DNA of 48,442 nucleotides from a virus, in IMG/VR virus record IMGVR_UViG_3300010413_000055, positions 1 to 48,442 of that record; one strand, written 5' to 3'. Position numbers and translations under genes: made by a program. This document shows positions 1-8,031 of this stretch, piece by piece. Positions within the stretch are counted from its first letter, which is position 1. Every line of letters begins with the position of its first letter. The notes below the pieces were generated by a model that was not told the DNA's origin, searched no databases, and saw only the letters and a program-made list of their open reading frames with translations.

Positions 1-144
1 AAGCACAGATACAGAATGCGATTGCGGTTGCAATTACCCAGGCATTCTCACCGGAGAAAAACGCACAAGTTGTACGAGATGTTGTGCGAGCGCACCTTAA
101 CCACAAAGAAAACTCTTACGATAAGGAAACTTTGCTCAGTAAAT
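1..144. repeat. Left copy of an exact 144-bp direct repeat (identical to 48299..48442); circular-contig overlap or terminal redundancy
   Basis: Read directly: aagcacagatacagaatgcg...tttgctcagtaaat is present at both window ends. Confidence 0.95.
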
Positions 145-341
145 CAGTCGGCAAATTGATAAGAGACATCGCTTTAGACGAAGTAAAGAAACTCATCGCA
201 GAACAGGACTCAAGTATCAGGGCTATCGTTCGTGGGTGTCTCGGTGAATCATTTACCGAATCAATCTTAGACCAGCTAAAGATAAGCCTGTCCAATAAAG
301 TCGTAGCAAGCATTCACGTTACAGCGTCACTTGAGGAATAA
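1..341 (+). CDS. Hypothetical protein, 3' part of a junction-spanning gene (starts at ATG 48271; 122 aa in total)
   Basis: Frame is open from base 3 to the stop at 339-341. The same frame is open from ATG 48271 to the window end. The track's GTG 84 start is an artefact of linearisation. Confidence 0.7.
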   Translation, partial: AQIQNAIAVAITQAFSPEKNAQVVRDVVRAHLNHKENSYDKETLLSKSVGKLIRDIALDEVKKLIAEQDSSIRAIVRGCLGESFTESILDQLKISLSNKVVASIHVTASLEE

Positions 342-355
342 CGGGAGGTTATAAG

Positions 356-544
356 ATGAGTGAGTATGGACGGGAATACACGATGAAAAGAATAAAAGCA
401 TTTGGTGTCGAATTCAAATCAGAGTTCCCCTGCGAACGCCAGTACCTCACAAAGAAAGACGACAGACCTGGAACCTGCTCCGAGATGGACGATAAGATAT
501 GCCCTGTAGAACTGGGTGAAAATTGTATACTGGAGGATAAGTAA
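356..544 (+). CDS. Hypothetical 62-aa protein
   Basis: ORF with GGGAGG RBS 8 nt upstream; no motif recognised. Confidence 0.6.
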   Translation: MSEYGREYTMKRIKAFGVEFKSEFPCERQYLTKKDDRPGTCSEMDDKICPVELGENCILEDK

Positions 545-545
545 A

Positions 546-977
546 ATGGGATTAGATACTACTCATGATTGTTGGCATGGAGCATATTCAGCCTTCACCA
601 GATGGCGAAATAAGTTAGCAGAGGTAGCGGGTTACGAAGTGGTTGAGATTACTTATAAGAATGGAGGATTTTCAATACCTCATGAGATGCCATTAGTAGA
701 CTATATTCATGCTGATGTGGATGGTAACCCAGTAAACGGCGACTGGGTAAATGAACCGAGTGACCCTCTTATGGTATTGATATGTCATTCAGATTGCGAT
801 GGTCACATTAAACCAAAGCAAGCTAGAGCGTTATCACTGCGTCTAAAAGAATTATTGCCATTACTACCAGATGAAGATGCAGGTGGACATATCGGTATGT
901 GGAAAGAAAAGACTCAACAATTTATTGATGGACTTGAACTTGCTGTAAAGAAAAGACAGACCGTAAGATTTCATTAA
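546..977 (+). CDS. Hypothetical protein, His/Cys/Asp-rich (HDCWHG, CHSDCDGH)
   Basis: Start moved to ATG 546, immediately after the previous stop (taaaATG); possible metal-binding residues only. Confidence 0.65.
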   Translation: MGLDTTHDCWHGAYSAFTRWRNKLAEVAGYEVVEITYKNGGFSIPHEMPLVDYIHADVDGNPVNGDWVNEPSDPLMVLICHSDCDGHIKPKQARALSLRLKELLPLLPDEDAGGHIGMWKEKTQQFIDGLELAVKKRQTVRFH

Positions 978-1004
978 TAGTTTAAAGTAACTGGAGGAAG
1001 AATA

Positions 1005-1493
1005 ATGGCGATAAAAAGAATAGGTTTTGTAACGGATCTATCAGAAGTTAAAGGGGCAAAAGGCAAGTACCTGAAAGCCACCATCAAACAGGAAGATGGC
1101 AAAGAAGTAACTCATAACATATTCGATGATACTCTTAAAGAGATAATGGGTACTGCCTATGAGAAATCGCTTGCCATCCAGATGTTCCTTGAGAAAAACG
1201 AAAAGGGTTACTGGGATATAACCCAAGCAGATTTGGTTAAAGATAAATTAGAAGAAGAAAATACCCCACAGCCCAAGCCTCAGAACCCACCTGAGACGCC
1301 ACAGAATCAACGAGAAGCACCCTTAACAGAAGCGGCTGTACGATTGGGTGGTGAGAAGGTAGAATCCTATGATAAAAGGGATAGAAGCATGGCGATTTCC
1401 TATAGTAAAGATTGTTTCTGTGCCGGTAGGATAGAACTTGACCAGTTGGAAGAGATGGCTGACAGGTTCTTGAACTATATCTTGATGAAATAA
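1005..1493 (+). CDS. Hypothetical 162-aa protein with Pro/Gln-rich linker (PQPKPQNPPETPQNQ)
   Basis: GGAGG RBS; two-domain layout; function not recognised. Confidence 0.7.
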   Translation: MAIKRIGFVTDLSEVKGAKGKYLKATIKQEDGKEVTHNIFDDTLKEIMGTAYEKSLAIQMFLEKNEKGYWDITQADLVKDKLEEENTPQPKPQNPPETPQNQREAPLTEAAVRLGGEKVESYDKRDRSMAISYSKDCFCAGRIELDQLEEMADRFLNYILMK

Positions 1494-1507
1494 GAAAGGA
1501 GAAAAAC

Positions 1508-1870
1508 ATGACAGAGAAAAAAGAAGGGATGAGGACGTACCTGATTAAGCAGAGGGGTAATCAAGCAAGGAAGATTACTATACCTGAGTCATGGAAGGTT
1601 ACTTACGGTGCTCTGCATGGTGGTGCTGGTCGTGGTAGTGGTATGGATGGCAACGTGCTGAGAATCTACGAGACAAAAGAAAAACAGCGTGCCATATTCA
1701 CAGAGGTAACATCGTTCCTTGACCTGTCGATTCCCGTTCAGAAACTTGTTTACGATGAGGAAGATGTACGCAAGGTAATGAACGAGAAGGGTGTCAAAAA
1801 GTCAGAAGCCCAGTCGATGGTAACTATGAAGTGGGTAGATGAGACACCATTCGACGATGATGATTTCTAG
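1508..1870 (+). CDS. Hypothetical 120-aa protein
   Basis: AAGGAG RBS; acidic C-terminus DDDDF. Confidence 0.7.
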   Translation: MTEKKEGMRTYLIKQRGNQARKITIPESWKVTYGALHGGAGRGSGMDGNVLRIYETKEKQRAIFTEVTSFLDLSIPVQKLVYDEEDVRKVMNEKGVKKSEAQSMVTMKWVDETPFDDDDF

Positions 1871-1963
1871 AGAAAGGAGGTGATTAATAGACTTCCAGAT
1901 TGCCTTGAGGAAATAAAAACGTAGGGTAAACACTTCGAGGCAATCAAGAAGGAGATTAATGAG

Positions 1964-2083
1964 ATGTTATTCAATATAAACTTTCATTCGTGGTCGTTAC
2001 CATTGCAGGTAGTTTTCTTAAAGTCTTATACAACCGTAGTTGGAATCTCAATATTATGCTTCCACTTTTTATTTGAGTGGTAA
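1964..2083 (+). CDS. 39-aa hydrophobic mini-protein, paralogue-like to 43482..43643
   Basis: AAGGAG RBS; C-terminus ISILCFHFLFEW versus ITIMCFYFQFEMW in the other ORF. Confidence 0.4.
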   Translation: MLFNINFHSWSLPLQVVFLKSYTTVVGISILCFHFLFEW

Positions 2084-2182
2084 GGAGATTAAATGATATT
2101 CTGGACAGTATGGATACTATACTCAATAGTTTTTATTACTGTAGGATGTAAGAGATTTATTGTGGAGTAAAGGAGAAGAAAG

Positions 2183-2320
2183 ATGGTAGCGAAAGTACCG
2201 TTGTATAAATGCCCTGAGTGTGGTAAGAAAGGCTTAACGAAGTCGGCTTTCACTGAAGGTTGGCGCACATATACCTATCATCAATGCAGGTACTGTGGGT
2301 ATCAAAGGATATACGGATGA
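2183..2320 (+). CDS. 45-aa zinc-ribbon mini-protein (CPEC...CRYC)
   Basis: AAGGAG RBS; two CxxC pairs; stop overlaps next start (ATGA). Confidence 0.55.
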   Translation: MVAKVPLYKCPECGKKGLTKSAFTEGWRTYTYHQCRYCGYQRIYG

Positions 2321-2751
2321 AATTCGGTCAACAGAATCCCGATAAGAAAAAGAAACCGTTAAACAAAAGGCGCAAGAAACCATCACCTACTATGGCTCTT
2401 AATGCCGAGATGCTTGATCTCTGGTCTCAGTTGGTTAAGTGGAGGGCTGACTATAAATGCGAATACTGCGGTAGCACGGTAAGATTACATTCGCACCACG
2501 TTATAAGGAGAGGCAAGTATCAGTTAAGGTGGGACTTGGAAAACGGTGTGTGCCTCTGCCAGCGTCACCATATGTACGACTCTGACTTCTCTGCTCATAA
2601 GGATGGTGCTCGCTTCACTCAGTGGATTAAAGATAAGCGCGGTGGTAAATGGTGGACTTACTTACAAGACAGATTGGGAGAGGAAACCAACAGGGAGGAA
2701 CAGTTCGAGAGACTGCGTAACTACTCCGATAAAATAAAGGAGATGAAATGA
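2317..2751 (+). CDS. HNH-type nuclease with basic N-terminus
   Basis: CEYCG...LHSHHVIRRG...LENGVCLCQRHH fits the CxxC/HH..N..CxC..HH beta-beta-alpha-Me pattern. Start set at ATG 2317, coupled to the upstream stop. Confidence 0.6.
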   Translation: MKFGQQNPDKKKKPLNKRRKKPSPTMALNAEMLDLWSQLVKWRADYKCEYCGSTVRLHSHHVIRRGKYQLRWDLENGVCLCQRHHMYDSDFSAHKDGARFTQWIKDKRGGKWWTYLQDRLGEETNREEQFERLRNYSDKIKEMK

Positions 2752-2984
2752 ATATAGAAGTAATCCCTGTTAGTGAAATAGAACCAAGATTCTTCTCCGG
2801 TGGGTATTCTACCATGACGGCTGTGATATCTATCGACACCTCGCTTCCTATGAACTACCAGAAAGAGACTATAATCCATGAGATAATAGAGGTATTCACC
2901 CCAAGCCTACCACACGAAAAGGTAGCGGAACTAACAGGATATATATTAGATGGGTTAAATAGACTGGAGGATATAAATGGGTAA
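2748..2984 (+). CDS. Hypothetical 78-aa protein
   Basis: AAGGAG RBS, ATGA coupling. Confidence 0.6.
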   Translation: MNIEVIPVSEIEPRFFSGGYSTMTAVISIDTSLPMNYQKETIIHEIIEVFTPSLPHEKVAELTGYILDGLNRLEDING

Positions 2985-3795
2985 GAGTAAGGAAAAACCA
3001 TACTACAGGCAAGTTGTACTTAAAGACTTGTCACAATTCTCAAAGATATACCTCGTGCCCTTGAGCGACCTGCACGTTATAAATTCAGTAGAAGATATAG
3101 TACAAGGGTACGTTGACTGGATAGCAGAAAGGGATAACGCCTTTACCATCCTTAACGGTGATTTAATTGATGGAGCTACCAAGACATCAGCCTCGGAGTT
3201 ATATGACAACCTTACCACACCCGACAAATCCTACGAAATAGTACGCGATTTGTTACTACCTATCAAGGATAAAGTCTTAATGATTACCCGGGGGAATCAC
3301 TGCGAGAGTATCTACAAGCAGGTAGGTACTGATTACATGGCAAGGATGGCTTACGATCTCGGCAACATACCCTATCAGCCTGATGGCGGAATCCTCGGTA
3401 TGAGATTAAGCCTGCATGACCACGGTGTTATGTGCTGGGTATATGCCGTACATGGATGGGGTGGGGCAAGAACTATAGGGGCTAAGGTTAAAAAAGTTCA
3501 AGACTTGGCTCTGGTAGCAGACGTAGATATATATTGCTTATCTCACGATCACACTCAAAACGTCAACAGGGGTAATATCATGCGTCCACCACGCTCAAAG
3601 ATAACTTTCGATAGACCTAACTACTGGTCAATCTCAAGGAAGTTATTTGTCAACACAGGAGGATTCATACCGTACACAGGGTATGTAAGACGTAAGGGGT
3701 ACACACCTCAAGACTTGGGTACACCACGTATAAGGATAGAAGTGCAATACAGCCATCAGGAAAGTTACCACCTGGATTTGCATTCAAGTATATAA
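2977..3795 (+). CDS. Calcineurin-like metallophosphoesterase (NinI/protein-phosphatase-like)
   Basis: Ordered motifs SDLHV, NGDLID, RGNHCE, VHGWGG, LSHDHT. Confidence 0.8.
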   Translation: MGKSKEKPYYRQVVLKDLSQFSKIYLVPLSDLHVINSVEDIVQGYVDWIAERDNAFTILNGDLIDGATKTSASELYDNLTTPDKSYEIVRDLLLPIKDKVLMITRGNHCESIYKQVGTDYMARMAYDLGNIPYQPDGGILGMRLSLHDHGVMCWVYAVHGWGGARTIGAKVKKVQDLALVADVDIYCLSHDHTQNVNRGNIMRPPRSKITFDRPNYWSISRKLFVNTGGFIPYTGYVRRKGYTPQDLGTPRIRIEVQYSHQESYHLDLHSSI

Positions 3796-4025
3796 TGGAC
3801 GATAAACCGTTTATATGGATAGATGATGATGACTATAATAAGGCGCGGTGGCAGTATATGTCCAGCGTGCGCAAGTTACTTAAAGACCAGTTCGATATCT
3901 ACGGGCTCGGGGTTTTCATAGATGGCTCAGTAGATGAGATATGGAAGCTAACTGAGGACTGGGGTATGAGGATTCGTGGACTTGATAAGCCAATCTCTAT
4001 AGATTATATCAGGAGGAAGAAATGA
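3795..4025 (+). CDS. Hypothetical 76-aa protein
   Basis: TAATG coupling to upstream gene. Confidence 0.6.
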   Translation: MDDKPFIWIDDDDYNKARWQYMSSVRKLLKDQFDIYGLGVFIDGSVDEIWKLTEDWGMRIRGLDKPISIDYIRRKK

Positions 4026-4180
4026 TAAAATGCCCACGCTGCGGAGGAAATATAGTTAAAGACTACGATGACCTGTTCTGCTTACAATGTTCTTACAGAC
4101 CTAGCCTGCAATTAAAGCGACGGCCAAACTTATCAACCCGACCACAACAGCCCCGCTTACCCATGTCCCTACCTTCCTGA
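4022..4180 (+). CDS. 52-aa zinc-ribbon mini-protein (CPRC...CLQC)
   Basis: ATGA coupling; last 80 nt overlap the convergent gene 4101..4310, so the true 3' extent and reality are uncertain. Confidence 0.4.
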   Translation: MIKCPRCGGNIVKDYDDLFCLQCSYRPSLQLKRRPNLSTRPQQPRLPMSLPS

Positions 4181-4310
4181 ATGTAGTGTTGGTTCTCACC
4201 TGACCATTAAGTTCTTCCAAATGTTTCTCCTGCTTATCGGTCTTCTCTTCGATGTTTTTTGTTCTTTCATCTATCCTGATGAGTAATTCATCTCTCTCTT
4301 GCTGGTTCAT
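4101..4310 (-). CDS. XhlA-like small protein: N-terminal coiled coil plus C-terminal transmembrane helix (possible lysis accessory)
   Basis: ERDELLIRIDERTKNIEEKTDKQEKHLEELNG followed by WVSGAVVVGLISLAVALIAG; last gene of the late block. Confidence 0.45.
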   Translation of the reverse strand: MNQQERDELLIRIDERTKNIEEKTDKQEKHLEELNGQVRTNTTFRKVGTWVSGAVVVGLISLAVALIAG

Positions 4311-4312
4311 AT

Positions 4313-4933
4313 CTACACTCCATCTATTTCGGCTACCGCTACGCCTGTTACCTCATCTACCGCTACACCACAGAATTCACCACCGTAACCGGAACTTGGG
4401 GTGTAGTCTATCGTTAATTTGAACCCATGCGCATTACCTGTATATTCGTACGACCTCAAGAATGGATAACCATTGGCAGGAGAACCATCGTCATCCAAAA
4501 GTACCAATAATGTATCGACTAGTGTATGGTTCGCAATCACCTCTTCTAGCGGAGCTTTCATGTTTATCGTTCCGGTAGTATCGCTCAGCCATCCTGTCGA
4601 AGAATAAGAATCATAGTCAGTGCCTGACGTAGTCCTTGTCCTGCTACCATGATCCGTAGCATCCGAAGGAGCAGCAGGATTGTTAGCTCTCTCAAAGAAA
4701 GCCTTTGTCAGTGCCGCGGCATCAACCGTACCTACATAGACATCCAGAGCGGCAGAGTTTATCGTAGCACCATTAAGGAGTGATATATCGGTATCATAGA
4801 ATAAAGCGAACGCATCCGTAACGGTGACACCGATAGCACCGACAAGGATATACGTCTCGGTATTGTGGAATACAGCACCCTGAGAGTATCCATCACTTGT
4901 TCCGGCACTTACCTGTAGATTAAGTACAGCCAT
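4313..4933 (-). CDS. Virion-module hypothetical protein, 206 aa, Thr/Ser/Asp-rich
   Basis: Start overlaps the upstream stop by 1 nt (coupling to the tailspike gene); no motif recognised. Confidence 0.6.
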   Translation of the reverse strand: MAVLNLQVSAGTSDGYSQGAVFHNTETYILVGAIGVTVTDAFALFYDTDISLLNGATINSAALDVYVGTVDAAALTKAFFERANNPAAPSDATDHGSRTRTTSGTDYDSYSSTGWLSDTTGTINMKAPLEEVIANHTLVDTLLVLLDDDGSPANGYPFLRSYEYTGNAHGFKLTIDYTPSSGYGGEFCGVAVDEVTGVAVAEIDGV

Positions 4934-6621
4934 TAACCTACCTTCACCCAGTTGATATTAGGTACTACCATCATCTCGGTAGATATAGAGCCTCCCCATC
5001 CTACCGCTTTCTGGTATTGTCCCGTAGTTAGTTCGGTCTGAGTTAGTTCACCCGCGCTAGGAGATACGAAGATAGGCTTACCAGGCTCCCAGTTCCATCC
5101 CGTAGAGTTTATGAATCCGTCATGCAGACCCGTTAAAGTAAGTCCGTCGGTAGCAGCCACACAGCATATCCCCGTTAAGGGAGCTATCGTATCCTCTGAA
5201 GTACCAGAGGCAAGGTAACACTCACCATCCGTAGCCATGTAGAACGGCTGACCATAAGCCACATCCACCCCTGCCGTACCTGTGAAAGTAGAACCATAGT
5301 ATAATCCGTTTGACGTCGCGTTATTCAATGGGTATCTTAATTCGGTAGGGTCAACGTAATCAAAGTTATCCCTCACCTTAGTATTGGTACCCGTTCTCGT
5401 AAACTCAGTTCCCGATATGAAATAATTATTGGTAACTATATTCCAATTTGAAGTACCTGTCTCAAAGACACACTCGGAACTACAGTCAAATGTATTACTA
5501 CTTACCTCTATATAGGTTGCATTAAATAGATGAACTCCCCTGCTTGCCGCCAATCTGTTACCGATGATATTAGTACCTGCATCGGTGCTGCCGAGTGCCA
5601 CAGCCCTCGAAGCTATCGTAGAAAAGTAATTATCATTTATAGTGGCATCATACCCACAGGTGTTAATGCCGTAACTCATGTTGTGGATGCGATTGTTTTT
5701 TATTACATTTTTGTAGGTGTAACCTGCATTGGCGAAATTAACTCCATATTCCTGCTGGCTACCTCCGATGATTTCGTTGTCCTCGATTATATTATCTTCA
5801 ATCTTACTTGTACCATCCGAGGTTATCCATACCCCATGAAAATTCCTTGAAGCAAAGGTTGATGGAGTGTTATCAATATAAATATAGTTACCATGAATGA
5901 TGTTACTCCTGCCATCTATCACAATAGCAGAACATACTAGTTTATCTGATATATTAGTTGGATTAACTATATTGAAATAGCACGCCTGAACATTAACTGA
6001 ATCACCGCCATGAATTCTTATTGCGGAAACACCACCAGCCGTAAACTTGCAACTCTGAATCAGGCATCCGTCATATCCATCCGCATTAATCGCATAACAC
6101 AGATAGTTGGTAAACTCACATCCTATGATTCTTATATTCGTTCTCGTTGCTGCTGTAGTTCTTGATATAATGTCGCACCATGTAGCAGGGTCAGCACTTA
6201 TCTGGTCAGTTGTTTGATTAGCCCTGTTGCCATCAAATTTTATACCCTGTATTAGAACATTATCTGTAGTTCCGGATAATGATACCATGACTTTATTAAC
6301 ACTATTATCTAATGTCCATGTGGCATTATGACCTATGTAAGCTATATCTGAATACATCGTTATTGTATTAGAAATAGCAAAGCTACCGTAGAACTCTATT
6401 CTTCCTCCGATACCACCGGTATTGACAGCATTAATAGCCGCCTGTATCTGTACATCATCAGCCGTACCATCGCAGGTTAACACCGGATAACCGGCTTGTG
6501 CTAACTTGGCAGCAAAAGCCTTAATAGCATCTGGGGCATCATTACCTAATACCCAATAGAATGCCCCTAAAGCTCCGAACGCAAAAGCTCTTTTATGGTC
6601 TAATATACTTCCTGTTGTCAT
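4933..6621 (-). CDS. Tailspike / depolymerase with right-handed parallel beta-helix (pectate-lyase-superfamily-like)
   Basis: N-terminal DDVQIQAAINAV...GGRIEFYG and NVLIQGIKFDGN, followed by many repeated I/V-x-N/G-N turns. Confidence 0.65.
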   Translation of the reverse strand: MTTGSILDHKRAFAFGALGAFYWVLGNDAPDAIKAFAAKLAQAGYPVLTCDGTADDVQIQAAINAVNTGGIGGRIEFYGSFAISNTITMYSDIAYIGHNATWTLDNSVNKVMVSLSGTTDNVLIQGIKFDGNRANQTTDQISADPATWCDIISRTTAATRTNIRIIGCEFTNYLCYAINADGYDGCLIQSCKFTAGGVSAIRIHGGDSVNVQACYFNIVNPTNISDKLVCSAIVIDGRSNIIHGNYIYIDNTPSTFASRNFHGVWITSDGTSKIEDNIIEDNEIIGGSQQEYGVNFANAGYTYKNVIKNNRIHNMSYGINTCGYDATINDNYFSTIASRAVALGSTDAGTNIIGNRLAASRGVHLFNATYIEVSSNTFDCSSECVFETGTSNWNIVTNNYFISGTEFTRTGTNTKVRDNFDYVDPTELRYPLNNATSNGLYYGSTFTGTAGVDVAYGQPFYMATDGECYLASGTSEDTIAPLTGICCVAATDGLTLTGLHDGFINSTGWNWEPGKPIFVSPSAGELTQTELTTGQYQKAVGWGGSISTEMMVVPNINWVKVG

Positions 6622-6630
6622 TTAATACTC

Positions 6631-8031
6631 CTATTGCTCTATCCAGTTGGTGCCATCATTGATAAGCATTATGGATTCCTCCGTAGATTTAAGATGCCTC
6701 TTTGTATCTGATTGGTGACCTCCTATGTGTATGTCCATCGTTTCTATGGAGTTATTGGCTCCGGTTATTATCTTGACTACGAAGCCTTCTGATAAGTCAC
6801 CAGCCACATCCAAATCAAGATTATCACGCTTGTAAGCTATATATTCACTCAGTGCTGTATTCTGCTCTGTACCATGATCGGTATTCATATTGGCTATCTG
6901 TGTTCCTCCAGGTACGAACGCTGCGGCTGAATAAGTCCAGTCTCCTGTACTGTGATGGAATAATATTATATTAAAATCAGAATCGTTAGCACCGGCTCTC
7001 CCTACACACTCAAAGTCTGTCAAATGATAGTGCCTGTTACCGAAGTCTTCATACTTAGCCCAACCGTAATTAAAGTCAGCCGAACACGTAGAAGCTCCGG
7101 CTGGAGTTAAGGTGTAAGTAACTGTACCGAGCCACTTCTTACTGGTCTCATAATATTCATCTGCCGACATATTTGTTATATCAGTCACAATGGTTTCCGA
7201 GTCGGCTGTGGTTCTGGTAGCTCCATCATTTATGGATGTACCGGAAACCACTATCGAAGCTGTACCAGCATCTACCGTACCCGCTCCACCTGCTACTAGA
7301 AAGGCATGGGCAGCATAGGCGACATTAGCAGTACCGTAGGTCTGGGTTAAAGACCCTTCATTGAGATTGGCATCAGCAGCAGGGGCTTCATAATACCCAG
7401 CCTTGTAATAAGTTCCCGAACCTCCACCCGGAGAACTGAAGTTGTATGACTTGAATGTATCGTAATGTTTCAAGTATATATTTCCGGTACTGTCATTTAC
7501 GTAGACTGCCCTTGCAGAGTTTGCTGGTTGCAGGAACAGAACATCTCCAGCCTGCCCGCCATTTATAGTAAGAAGGTCATCTGATGACGTGTCACTTTCC
7601 GTATCAACAGTATGGTATGACTGCGTAATTGTTATCGCTCCCGAGTTTATGGTCAACTCTGTCGGGTCTGTGAAATTAAGGCTATTTATATCATCTAAGG
7701 TTTGTACTCCCTCTAATCCGGTAGCAGTAAACCTTGCGTAATTACCTGAGACTATTGCTGCATCATCTATCTTGAGATAGTCACCGTTGGATATACCTAT
7801 ATTTGACTCAAGCATATATCCGGTATGAGGGTCAGCAGCAGCCACATGATCGTAAGCCCAGTTGGAAGATATCGGTATATCTATCGCATTATCCACAGGA
7901 GTGTTATCCACCTCTGTAGTAGCCACCGCTTCGGGCTGTGAGTTTGCAAGCTGCACTATACCTTCCAGTGGGAGGTCTGTAGCCTGACCGCTTGCCTGTT
8001 TTCTTTTAGGTATGAAGTTCCTTAGCGTCAA
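6631..8031 (-). CDS. Tail fibre / receptor-binding-type structural protein, 466 aa
   Basis: Position between tail genes and tailspike; Gly/Thr/Ser/Ala-rich composition. Confidence 0.5.
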   Translation of the reverse strand: MTLRNFIPKRKQASGQATDLPLEGIVQLANSQPEAVATTEVDNTPVDNAIDIPISSNWAYDHVAAADPHTGYMLESNIGISNGDYLKIDDAAIVSGNYARFTATGLEGVQTLDDINSLNFTDPTELTINSGAITITQSYHTVDTESDTSSDDLLTINGGQAGDVLFLQPANSARAVYVNDSTGNIYLKHYDTFKSYNFSSPGGGSGTYYKAGYYEAPAADANLNEGSLTQTYGTANVAYAAHAFLVAGGAGTVDAGTASIVVSGTSINDGATRTTADSETIVTDITNMSADEYYETSKKWLGTVTYTLTPAGASTCSADFNYGWAKYEDFGNRHYHLTDFECVGRAGANDSDFNIILFHHSTGDWTYSAAAFVPGGTQIANMNTDHGTEQNTALSEYIAYKRDNLDLDVAGDLSEGFVVKIITGANNSIETMDIHIGGHQSDTKRHLKSTEESIMLINDGTNWIEQ

